The notes beneath the pieces were generated by a model that worked only from the letters and a program-made list of their open reading frames with translations, searched no databases and was not told the origin of the DNA. This document shows, in pieces, positions 34,249 through 42,737 of a stretch of 57,448 nucleotides of DNA. The stretch lies in the NCBI GenBank assembly GCA_964429265.1, contig CAYSBK010000001.1:1-57448 (forward strand), given 5' to 3'. A program made the position numbers and the translations under genes. The DNA is from an uncultured Pirellulales bacterium (GTDB taxonomy: Bacteria; Planctomycetota; Phycisphaerae; Sedimentisphaerales; Anaerobacaceae). Within the stretch, counting starts at the first letter, position 1, and every line of letters starts with the position of its first letter.

Positions 34249-36117
34249 ATGCAGCAGGTTGACTGGCAGCAGCGATACAAAGACAAGATCGGTACGGCCG
34301 CGGCGGCGGTAAAGCTCATAAAGCCCGGCAGCAGCATCTTCATAGGCACGGGATGTGCCCAGCCGAGGCACCTTGTGCGTGCCCTTGTCGAACACTCCAG
34401 CCACATCTACGACGCTCACATAATACATCTTCTGACTATGGGTGAGGCACCCTATGCCGATGAGAAGTTCCGGGAAAAGTTCAAGACGAACAGTTTCTTT
34501 ATCGCCGACAACATCCGCGATGCGGTGCAAAAAGGTATCGGCGACTACACCCCCATGTTTCTTTCGGAGATACCGCTCGAATTTGAAAGCGGGCGAATCC
34601 CCATTGATTTCGCCTTCATCACCGTTACGCCGCCGGATGCCAACGGCTTGTGCAGCCTGGGTGTTTCTGTGGATATCGTCAAGTCGGCAGCGTCCAACGC
34701 CCGCTTTGTGGTGGCCCAGGTCAACAGCAGGATGCCCCGAACCCTCGGCGACAGCTTCCTGCATGTCAGCGGTATCGATATGCTGGTGCCCTGGGACGAG
34801 GACGTTATCGAGGTCCCAGTGCCTGAATCAGACGAGGTATTGCGCGGAATCGGTCGCAATATCGCCAGGCTGGTCGAGGACGGCAGCACCATTGAGTGTG
34901 GCATAGGCCGAATACCGCAGGCCCTGGCCGAGTTCCTCAAGGACAAGCGAGACCTCGGCGTGCACACCGAAATGTTCGGTGACTGGATTATCGACCTTAT
35001 CGAGTGCGGTGCGATCACCTGCGCGAAAAAGACGCTGAATCGTGGAAAGGTCGTCGCCAGTTTCTGTATGGGTTCAAGGCGTTTATATCATTACATAAGC
35101 GACAATCCTATGTTTGAGTTCCATCCCACCGAGTACGTCAACGACCCGCAAATCATCGCCCGGCACGAAAAGATGGTGGCCATCAATGTGGGACTCGAAA
35201 TCGACGTGACGGGGCAGGTCTGTGCCGATTCTCTTGGCTATCAGTTTTACAGCGGCTTCGGAGGCCAGGTTGATTTCATCCGCGGCGCAGCACGAAGCAG
35301 GGGCGGAAAACCCATCATCGCGATGCCTTCAACCGCCAAGGACGGGCAGGTCTCGCGAATCGTACCACACCTGACCGAGGGAGCCGGCGTCGTCACTACC
35401 CGCGGTGACGTGCACTACGTTGTTACCGAGTACGGCATCGCGTACCTGCACGGAAAGAACATACGGGAAAGATGTCTCGAATTGATAAACATCGCTCATC
35501 CAAAGTTTCGAAAAGAACTTGTTCGCGCCGCAAAAACGCAGAAATACATCTACGAGGACCAGATCGAGCTTTCGTGGGAGCAGTTGCGATATCCGGAAGA
35601 GCTGCAGAGGTACGAGACGCTTCGTGACGGCACTCAAATATTCTTTAGGCCCGTCAAGCCAAGCGACGAGCCGGCACTGTCGCAGATGCTTTATTCGCTC
35701 AGCGAGGAATCGGTTCGCAAAAGGTATATGGCGCGCACAAGGGCCTTTCCACACAAGGACGTTCAGCAGCTGACGAACATAGATTACAAGAACAACCTTG
35801 CCATCGTGGGCGTGGTGCCGGGCGTTTCGGGCGAAGAGATAGTGGCGATTGCACAGTACTTCCTCGACCCGAAGACCGCCGTGGCCGAAGTTGCTTTTCT
35901 TGTGCAGGACGAGTGGCAACGGAAAGGAATGGGTACGCTGCTGCTGGATTACCTGACAGAAATCGCCCGCAAGCGCGGTGTAAAGAGGTTCTGCGCAACC
36001 GTTCTGCCCGGCAACAAGCCGATGCTGTCGATCTTCAACAATTCGCGGTACAAGGTTAACACCGAGTTCGACGGAGAGCTTTATACGATATGGTACGACC
36101 TGGACAGCAAAAAGTAA
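34249..36117 (+). CDS. acetyl-CoA hydrolase/CoA-transferase domain fused to a Pat-type GNAT (putative protein lysine acetyltransferase)
   Basis: N-terminal 4-hydroxybutyrate CoA-transferase-like region with GVHTEMFGD (catalytic Glu context) and GFGGQVDF. C-terminal GNAT with LRDGTQIFFRPVKPSDEPAL and QRKGMGTLLL acetyl-CoA loop. Confidence 0.85.
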   Translation: MQQVDWQQRYKDKIGTAAAAVKLIKPGSSIFIGTGCAQPRHLVRALVEHSSHIYDAHIIHLLTMGEAPYADEKFREKFKTNSFFIADNIRDAVQKGIGDYTPMFLSEIPLEFESGRIPIDFAFITVTPPDANGLCSLGVSVDIVKSAASNARFVVAQVNSRMPRTLGDSFLHVSGIDMLVPWDEDVIEVPVPESDEVLRGIGRNIARLVEDGSTIECGIGRIPQALAEFLKDKRDLGVHTEMFGDWIIDLIECGAITCAKKTLNRGKVVASFCMGSRRLYHYISDNPMFEFHPTEYVNDPQIIARHEKMVAINVGLEIDVTGQVCADSLGYQFYSGFGGQVDFIRGAARSRGGKPIIAMPSTAKDGQVSRIVPHLTEGAGVVTTRGDVHYVVTEYGIAYLHGKNIRERCLELINIAHPKFRKELVRAAKTQKYIYEDQIELSWEQLRYPEELQRYETLRDGTQIFFRPVKPSDEPALSQMLYSLSEESVRKRYMARTRAFPHKDVQQLTNIDYKNNLAIVGVVPGVSGEEIVAIAQYFLDPKTAVAEVAFLVQDEWQRKGMGTLLLDYLTEIARKRGVKRFCATVLPGNKPMLSIFNNSRYKVNTEFDGELYTIWYDLDSKK

Positions 36118-36129
36118 CGAGAAGAAGAT

Positions 36130-37266
36130 GTGAATCAGAAGAAATCGGTTTTCATATACTCTGAAGAACTTGAGAAGTACAGCTATCCACCGGACCATCC
36201 CTTCAACACCATCAGAGCGACAAGGGTGCGGCAGATTGCAGATTCGATGGGCCTGCTGAGCGGTCCCGGCAGAAGCGAGGTCCCGCCGCAGCCGGTCGAC
36301 AGGATAACCCTGAAAAAGTTTCACACGGCCAGGTACCTGCACGCATTGAGGCTGGCCGGGCAGGGACGTTTCGACCCCGAGGCGATACGCATGGGCATCG
36401 GCACTGGTGATTGCCCCGCCTTCGAGGGCGTGTACGAGTATTCGGTCCTGGCGGCCGGCGGTACCGTAACGGCTGCAAGGATGATACTGGATGGTACGGC
36501 CGACATCGCTTTCAACCCATCGGGTGGGTTTCATCACGCCGGACCGGAAAAGGCTTCGGGGTTCTGCTACATCAACGACGTTGTACTGGGCTGTATGATA
36601 CTGGCCGAGGCCGGCAAACGCGTGCTCTATCTCGATGTCGATGTTCACCACGGCGACGGTGTCGCCTATGCGTTTTATAACAGAAGCGACGTTATGACAA
36701 TCTCATTCCACGAGAATCCCCGGGCTTTCTTTCCGGGCACGGGTTTCGAGGACGAAACAGGCGCTGATGCCGGCAAAGGCTACTGCGTAAACGTTCCGCT
36801 GCCGGTGGGAACATTCGACGAGGCGTACTTAACCGCATACAATGAGTTGGCCGTGCCTCTGATAAAGGCGTACCAACCCGACGTTTTTGTTTTCGAGTTG
36901 GGCGCCGACGCCCTTGCCGGCGACCCGCTGGCCCATCTCTGTCTCACCAACAACGCGTATGCCGAGATAATCCAGAGCCTGCTGAGCTTCGGCAGGCCGA
37001 TTCTTATGACAGGAGGCGGCGGCTACAACGTCGACAACACGGTCCGTGCCTGGACGCTGGCGTGGAGCCTGCTGGCCGGCGGACCAACCGACGCCGAGGC
37101 CAATCTCGGAGCGGGCGGTGTTATGCTCGGAAGCACCGAGTGGCAAGGAGGACTGCGCGACAGGACGCAGGTGATAGGCCAGCGCCAGAGGGACATCGTA
37201 ACCGCAGCCGTCCGGCAGGTCATCGAAAGGGTCAAGGCGAACGTGTTTGCAATCCACGGGCTGTAG
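36130..37266 (+). CDS. acuC: histone-deacetylase-family (AcuC-like, Zn-dependent) protein/acetoin deacetylase
   Basis: GGFHHAGPEKASGFCYIND, DVDVHHGDG and GGGGYN motifs. GTG start 12 nt after the GNAT fusion. Confidence 0.85.
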   Translation: MNQKKSVFIYSEELEKYSYPPDHPFNTIRATRVRQIADSMGLLSGPGRSEVPPQPVDRITLKKFHTARYLHALRLAGQGRFDPEAIRMGIGTGDCPAFEGVYEYSVLAAGGTVTAARMILDGTADIAFNPSGGFHHAGPEKASGFCYINDVVLGCMILAEAGKRVLYLDVDVHHGDGVAYAFYNRSDVMTISFHENPRAFFPGTGFEDETGADAGKGYCVNVPLPVGTFDEAYLTAYNELAVPLIKAYQPDVFVFELGADALAGDPLAHLCLTNNAYAEIIQSLLSFGRPILMTGGGGYNVDNTVRAWTLAWSLLAGGPTDAEANLGAGGVMLGSTEWQGGLRDRTQVIGQRQRDIVTAAVRQVIERVKANVFAIHGL

Positions 37267-37338
37267 AGTTCCGGTGCGCACAGACGAACACCCGAATACG
37301 AGGTCGGGGCACCGGGTCTTGCCGGAGGAATACCGGCG

Positions 37339-37935
37339 TTACCGCACGGCCCCCAGCGGCAGAACGGCCCGCCCAAAGACCTCGTTCAATACCTGAGCAA
37401 AAGCCGTGTAAACAGCCGACAACCCGCAGAAGATACCTTCATATCCCGCCAAGGTCGCGATGAAGGTGTTGCCTGTGGCGTCCTTGATGGCCAGCAGGAA
37501 GAACAACACGGCCAGTGAACCGAATACAACCTGAAGCGCCTTGTTCAACCTGAGCGTGCCGACAAACATCACCGTGGTGAACACGCCCCACATCAACAGG
37601 TAAGCAACCATCGCGCCGGTTGCCGGAGCACCGGCAAGCCCCATTTTCGGCATAAGTATCAGGCCAACCAGCGTTAACCAGAACAGCCCATACGAGCAGA
37701 ACGCGGTCGTGCCGAAGGTGTTACCCTTTTTCCACTCCATAACGCCCGCTATTATCTGCGCCAGGCCGCCGTAGAAGATTCCCATTGCAAGGATCATTGA
37801 GCCCAGTCCGAAAAGGCCGGCGTTGTGCAGGTTTAGCAGCACCGTGGTCATTCCGAAGCCCAGCAGGCCAAGCGGTGCCGGGTTGGCCGTCGTATCCTTT
37901 ACGGTCAACAGATGTTCGTCAGTCTGATTCTGCAT
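37339..37935 (-). CDS. satP: GPR1/FUN34/YaaH-family acetate/succinate channel (SatP-like)
   Basis: [14 protein letters not shown] signature, six TM helices, YGLFWL. Strong AAGGAG RBS before ATG 37935. Confidence 0.85.
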   Translation of the reverse strand: MQNQTDEHLLTVKDTTANPAPLGLLGFGMTTVLLNLHNAGLFGLGSMILAMGIFYGGLAQIIAGVMEWKKGNTFGTTAFCSYGLFWLTLVGLILMPKMGLAGAPATGAMVAYLLMWGVFTTVMFVGTLRLNKALQVVFGSLAVLFFLLAIKDATGNTFIATLAGYEGIFCGLSAVYTAFAQVLNEVFGRAVLPLGAVR

Positions 37936-38014
37936 AGACACTTCTCCTTTGCTTATGGCGGATTTGCTCAACAAATCGAAAGAGGTTTTACAAACCCTGT
38001 GCCCCCTTGTAGCC

Positions 38015-39994
38015 TTAACCGCGGCCCCTGATCAACGCCTCGACGACGCCGGGGTCGGCCAACGTGCTGATGTCGCCGAGGTCCTCGGTCCTTCGCTCGG
38101 CTATCTTGCGAAGGATCCTGCGCATAATCTTGCCCGACCGTGTCTTGGGAAGGGCTGCAGCAAATTGAATCGCCTCGGGCGCGGCGATGGGGCCGATTTC
38201 CTTGCGAACGTGCATAATCAGCTCTTTCTTCAGTTGCTCGCTTTCCTCGACCCCTTCGACAAGTGTCACGAAGGCATACAGGGCCTGGCCCTTGACCTCG
38301 TGTGGGATTGGCGTAACGGCCGCCTCGGAAACTTTGTCGTGGCTTACCAGCGCGCTTTCCACCTCGGCGGTGCCGATGCGATGGCCGGAGACGTTGACCA
38401 CGTCGTCGATTCTGCCCATAAGCCAGTAATCACCGTCTTCGTCAATTCTGCAACCGTCGCCGGTGAAGTACACGTTCTCGAACATCGTGAAGTAAGTGTC
38501 GATGAACCGCTGGTGGTCGCCCCACATCGTTCGCATCATTCCGGGCCACGGCCTGCGAATGCACAGCTTGCCGCCTTCGTTGACATCGCATTGGGTGCCG
38601 TCGTCTCGCAGCACAACCGGGTCGACGCCGAAGAAGGGTCGGCTGGCACTTCCCGGCTTTAGAGTGTGTGCACCCGGCAGCGGCGTAATGAGTATCCCGC
38701 CTGTTTCGGTCTGCCACCACGTGTCAACGATTGGGCATCGGCCTCGACCGATCTTCTCGTGGTACCATATCCAGGCCTCCGGGTTGATTGGTTCGCCCAC
38801 CGAACCCAGTATCCGAAGCGTATCCAGTTTGTACTTTGCCGGCCACTCGTCACCCAGCCGCATCAACGCTCGAATGGCGGTCGGCGCGGTGTAGAATATC
38901 GTTACGCCGAACTTGTCGCAGATATGCCAGAACCGGCCCGCATCCGGGTAGGTCGGCACCCCCTCAAACATCAGGGAAGTTGCACCGTTGGCCAGGGGCC
39001 CGTAAACAATGTAGCTGTGGCCGGTCACCCACCCTATATCAGCGGTGCACCAGTAAATATCATCGTCGTGCACGTCGAAGATCACCTTGTGACTGAAGGC
39101 CACGTGCAGAAGATACCCGCCAGTGGTATGAACGACACCCTTCGGCTTGCCGGTCGAGCCTGAGGTATAGAGAATGAACAAGGGGTCCTCGGCGTTCATC
39201 CGCTCGGGTTCGCACTCCTGCGGGGCATCGGCCATCAACTCGTGATACCACTGGTCCCGGCCGGGTTGCATCTCACAAGGGTCATCGGCGACCTTCACCA
39301 CGATAACACCCTCAATGCTCGGGGTGTTCTTCAGCGCCTGGTCCGCGATGGCTTTCAGGCCGATCCGCTTGCCAGCCCGCAGCGACACGTTGCTGGTAAT
39401 CAGCAACCTGCAGTCCGAATCGTTTATCCTGCCTTCCAGGGCCTCGGCGCTGAATCCGCCGAACACCACCGAGTGAATCGCCCCTATCCGCGCGCAGGCC
39501 AGCATCGCCACCGGCAATTCCGGAACCATCGGAAGGTAAATCGCCACGCGGTCGCCCTTCTTGATGCCCTTCGACTTCAGCACGTTGGCGAACTTGCAAA
39601 CCTCCTTGTGGAGCTGTTCATAGGTGTACTTGCGAACGGCATCCTCGGCCTCGCCCTGCCAGATAATGGCGGTCTTTTTCGCCACGGGCGTACCAAGGTG
39701 CCGGTCGAGGCAGTTGTAGCTGGCGTTAAGTTCGCCGTCCGCGAACCACCTGTGCTCAACCTTGCGGGCGGCGGTGTCCCAGGTGTATTCCAGACTCTTG
39801 GTGGGTTCCCTGAACCAGGACAGCATCCTGGCCTTCTCCAGCCAGAAACCGTCCGGGTCGTTCAGTGACTGCTGCCACATCTTTTGCCATTGTTCGAAGC
39901 TGTTGATGTAGGCCTTGTTTTGTATCTCGGCCGGCGGCGCAAATGTCCGCTTCTCGCTCATCAACGAATCAATCGCCTTCTGTTCACTGCTCAT
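38015..39994 (-). CDS. acs: acetyl-CoA synthetase (AMP-forming)
   Basis: [19 protein letters not shown] and C-terminal [11 protein letters not shown] (the regulatory/catalytic Lys codon is at 38129-38131). Full-length, 659 aa. Confidence 0.95.
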   Translation of the reverse strand: MSSEQKAIDSLMSEKRTFAPPAEIQNKAYINSFEQWQKMWQQSLNDPDGFWLEKARMLSWFREPTKSLEYTWDTAARKVEHRWFADGELNASYNCLDRHLGTPVAKKTAIIWQGEAEDAVRKYTYEQLHKEVCKFANVLKSKGIKKGDRVAIYLPMVPELPVAMLACARIGAIHSVVFGGFSAEALEGRINDSDCRLLITSNVSLRAGKRIGLKAIADQALKNTPSIEGVIVVKVADDPCEMQPGRDQWYHELMADAPQECEPERMNAEDPLFILYTSGSTGKPKGVVHTTGGYLLHVAFSHKVIFDVHDDDIYWCTADIGWVTGHSYIVYGPLANGATSLMFEGVPTYPDAGRFWHICDKFGVTIFYTAPTAIRALMRLGDEWPAKYKLDTLRILGSVGEPINPEAWIWYHEKIGRGRCPIVDTWWQTETGGILITPLPGAHTLKPGSASRPFFGVDPVVLRDDGTQCDVNEGGKLCIRRPWPGMMRTMWGDHQRFIDTYFTMFENVYFTGDGCRIDEDGDYWLMGRIDDVVNVSGHRIGTAEVESALVSHDKVSEAAVTPIPHEVKGQALYAFVTLVEGVEESEQLKKELIMHVRKEIGPIAAPEAIQFAAALPKTRSGKIMRRILRKIAERRTEDLGDISTLADPGVVEALIRGRG

Positions 39995-40122
39995 AACACA
40001 CCCCTTCTGTTACAACCACGTCTGCTCGAAAAGCCAAAACTTTCTTTGGAATCTGCAGAGACCAAGATTTTACGGACCTGTTCAAAAGTATCAACCAAAA
40101 ACCCCGGAAACTTCGATGTTTC

Positions 40123-41514
40123 TCAAAACCTGTATATAAACGAGCCCTGAAACCTCAGGTCATCCGCATCACCCGGGCCCCTGTACTCGGTTTTCCAGTG
40201 AGAAACCTCAATGCCGATCTCCGTGTTGGCATCGAGGTGGTAAATGGCATTGCCGAAGACCGAACGGTTGAGCACTCTGTCGCCGGTGCCGACATCATCG
40301 GAATCGACATCGTCAATCCCGCAGCCGATATTAAAGCTCCAGTTATCCCAGGGCCCCAGTGTGGCGGCTGCCCATCCGCCCCGGCTGTCAATTTCGTGAA
40401 GCCGGGTTGTGTTGACGCCCTGGCCGATACCGCCGAAGTAGCTGTCCAAGTCCCGGCCCGTAAACAATTCCCCTTTGACGGTGAGCCACGAGCAAACGGG
40501 CTGGTTCAGGTCGAGGTTCAGCGACCAGCTTTCGAAGTCCTTGTTACTGCCGCCGGTGTTCGGGTCGTATTCCTCCGTCCCGTAATGGCCCGAGAATCCG
40601 ATTGTCGCAGGCTTGTACCCCAAGCCGGGAAAAGTCAGACCGATACGCCCCTGCACGGTGGGAAAGCCCGCGTCTTCGCCAGTTTCGGAACCGGTCAGGT
40701 CATTTCTGCCGATGGTTCTCGATATTGCAGCCTGCAAGTTTACATTGATATCCTTTTGAACCTGGAAATCTTTTGTAACCCGTACCTGCGGATGCCTGTA
40801 GCCGATATTGCCAGCGTCCCACAAGACGGTATAGTTCAGTGTCCGCGGCACCAGCGGCGATATCACGTCGGAGGTTTGCCCCGCCAGAATACCAAAGTGA
40901 TCGCCCGGCCAGTCGAGCGTCAGGTATGCGTGGCGCATCTGGATCTTTGCCTTATTCTCAGCGGCGTAGTTGCCGTAGAAATCCACCTCCAGCCGACCGG
41001 CCGCGCTGAAACCATTCTCTGCCGGGCCTTTGATTCGCATACCCACCCTGGTCTCGTTGGCGGTAACGTTGAATTCGTCGTCGTTGTTGCGCTGGTCCTC
41101 GCGGTCGAGATATACCACGTAATTGCCCGGATGGCTGCGCGACGTATCGTAGGATGCGTCCGCCTTAAGAAACCCATAGATTTCAATATCCAGATTTGAC
41201 GATACGTTTTTCTTCGGTGGTGCCGCTGGCGCAGGTGCCGCAGCCTTGCCAGGCCGATCCGTGGAAGGCGCGGTGCTGGTTGCCGCTGCCGTGCCGCGTT
41301 CGCGACCGGCGGTAACGGTGCCATTCTGGGTCAATACTATCTGCTTTAGCTGTGAAAGCTCTTTTTCGAGCATTTCGACTCTTTTGCGAAGCTCCGCGTT
41401 CTGTCTGGCCAGGTCCTCAAGGTCGTCGGCCCTGCACAGAGCCGTGGCGACGGCTGCCACGCACATACACGCAACAACTGTGTTTTTGCTCATAACCGGT
41501 GCCCTTTGTTTCAT
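40123..41514 (-). CDS. outer-membrane beta-barrel porin with N-terminal coiled coil (DcaP-like architecture)
   Basis: Signal peptide, heptad-rich LEDLARQNAELRKRVEMLEKELSQLKQIV, and a P/A-rich linker. Then alternating-hydrophobic beta strands ending in the OMP terminal motif FQGSFIYRF. Confidence 0.7.
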   Translation of the reverse strand: MKQRAPVMSKNTVVACMCVAAVATALCRADDLEDLARQNAELRKRVEMLEKELSQLKQIVLTQNGTVTAGRERGTAAATSTAPSTDRPGKAAAPAPAAPPKKNVSSNLDIEIYGFLKADASYDTSRSHPGNYVVYLDREDQRNNDDEFNVTANETRVGMRIKGPAENGFSAAGRLEVDFYGNYAAENKAKIQMRHAYLTLDWPGDHFGILAGQTSDVISPLVPRTLNYTVLWDAGNIGYRHPQVRVTKDFQVQKDINVNLQAAISRTIGRNDLTGSETGEDAGFPTVQGRIGLTFPGLGYKPATIGFSGHYGTEEYDPNTGGSNKDFESWSLNLDLNQPVCSWLTVKGELFTGRDLDSYFGGIGQGVNTTRLHEIDSRGGWAAATLGPWDNWSFNIGCGIDDVDSDDVGTGDRVLNRSVFGNAIYHLDANTEIGIEVSHWKTEYRGPGDADDLRFQGSFIYRF

Positions 41515-41866
41515 CTTCGCTCGTATTGTGCTGCCGCCGGCCTGATTCCGGCACCGCTGCGGCCGTAGAGACCGGATGCCGGCGGCCCTTCTTTGTCCTG
41601 TCCGGAACCCGCTGTGGCTTGGTTACAGCGGTCCGGAACATCCGCGGACAAGAAATCCTATAACTTACGATATTGCGCTGCACAGGTCAAGTGACTAAAT
41701 CTGAAATTCCGCCATCTTGTGGAAACGGGCAGCTTTGTTGCCGGCGTTAGCACCGCAGGCCGAGGAGGGACCCTATCTGCCGGGAATGCACGCTCCACGG
41801 CAGGTTCGGCCGGGTACCGATGTCGAATGAGCGGATTCAAAATTTAGCAAAAAAACAGAAAAATCG

Positions 41867-41895
41867 TTGCCGGCTGGCGTACCGTGGTGTATAAT
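41867..41895 (+). promoter_or_regulatory. strong sigma70-type promoter (TTGCCG - 17 nt - TATAAT) with A-rich upstream element
   Basis: -35 at 41867-41872, consensus -10 TATAAT at 41890-41895, preceded by the A-rich tract 41839-41866. The next plus-strand gene is the RRM protein, about 340 nt downstream. Confidence 0.5.
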
Positions 41896-42243
41896 TCGGC
41901 CGTGAACTGAATATTGGAATGGCCGGGAGATGAAGCGTTAAGCTGTTTTGGATCGACCTCGGATACTTGTGGCCCCTCGATTAATCCGCCTTCATTTCTC
42001 CTCCGCTGTAAAGGGTATCTCAGAAGCGCCCGTGTGCACGACAACAGTACGCTCATTGCCGGTCTCGGCAGCCTTAATCAATTGCGTCACCAATCGGGGG
42101 GCTGTGCAGGTCTGTTCGAGTGATGCGCGGGCGGTCGGAGGCTCCCTGTTAGCCGGCCTGTTGGGTCGATGTGTGTACACCACCGGAATCGGAAGACGGA
42201 CGGTGTTTCCTGGACGACGTTTGTGGACTGGAAAGGAAAGGCA

Positions 42244-42552
42244 ATGAACATCTATGTTGGTAATCTCTCGTACGACGTGACCGACGAGGATTTGCGAGAG
42301 AGCTTCGGGGCATTCGGCCAGGTGGAGTCGGCTACGGTGATCAAGGACAAGTTCACCGGCGAATCCAGAGGCTTCGGTTTTGTCGAGATGCCTTCGAGGA
42401 CCGAGGCACAATCTGCGATCGAGGGTCTCGACGGGAAGGATTTGAAAGGTCGAACCGTGCGCGTCAACGAGGCTCGCCCGAGGGCCGAGGGCCATCGTCG
42501 CGGCCGAGGTGGCGGGTTCGACAGAAGTTCCGGCGGCCGCAAAAGATATTGA
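42244..42552 (+). CDS. RRM-type RNA-binding protein with RGG-rich tail
   Basis: RNP2 IYVGNL and RNP1 RGFGFVEM. C-terminal tail HRRGRGGGFDRSSGGRKRY. Confidence 0.9.
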   Translation: MNIYVGNLSYDVTDEDLRESFGAFGQVESATVIKDKFTGESRGFGFVEMPSRTEAQSAIEGLDGKDLKGRTVRVNEARPRAEGHRRGRGGGFDRSSGGRKRY

Positions 42553-42737
42553 CAAACCATAATCACTTCCGCGACTCCGTCCGGCGTCCAGGCGCCGGGC
42601 ACGCACGCTGATTACTTGCCGGCTTGGTCGTTGACAACCCCTGCCTGCGATTGGTACAAGGTCCCAGCGAGCCGATGCTCGTAGTGCGGGCTCGGCCAGG
42701 CAGAGAAAAGGTCCCCGTCTTGTTGAAGGAGCCGAGG

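Noticed and set aside
37267-37338. Possible bidirectional terminator between the convergent acuC and satP genes (CCGGTGC ... GCACCGG).
   Set aside because: The 7-bp arms are separated by a loop of about 31 nt, and there is no U-tract on either strand. It is not convincing as an intrinsic terminator.
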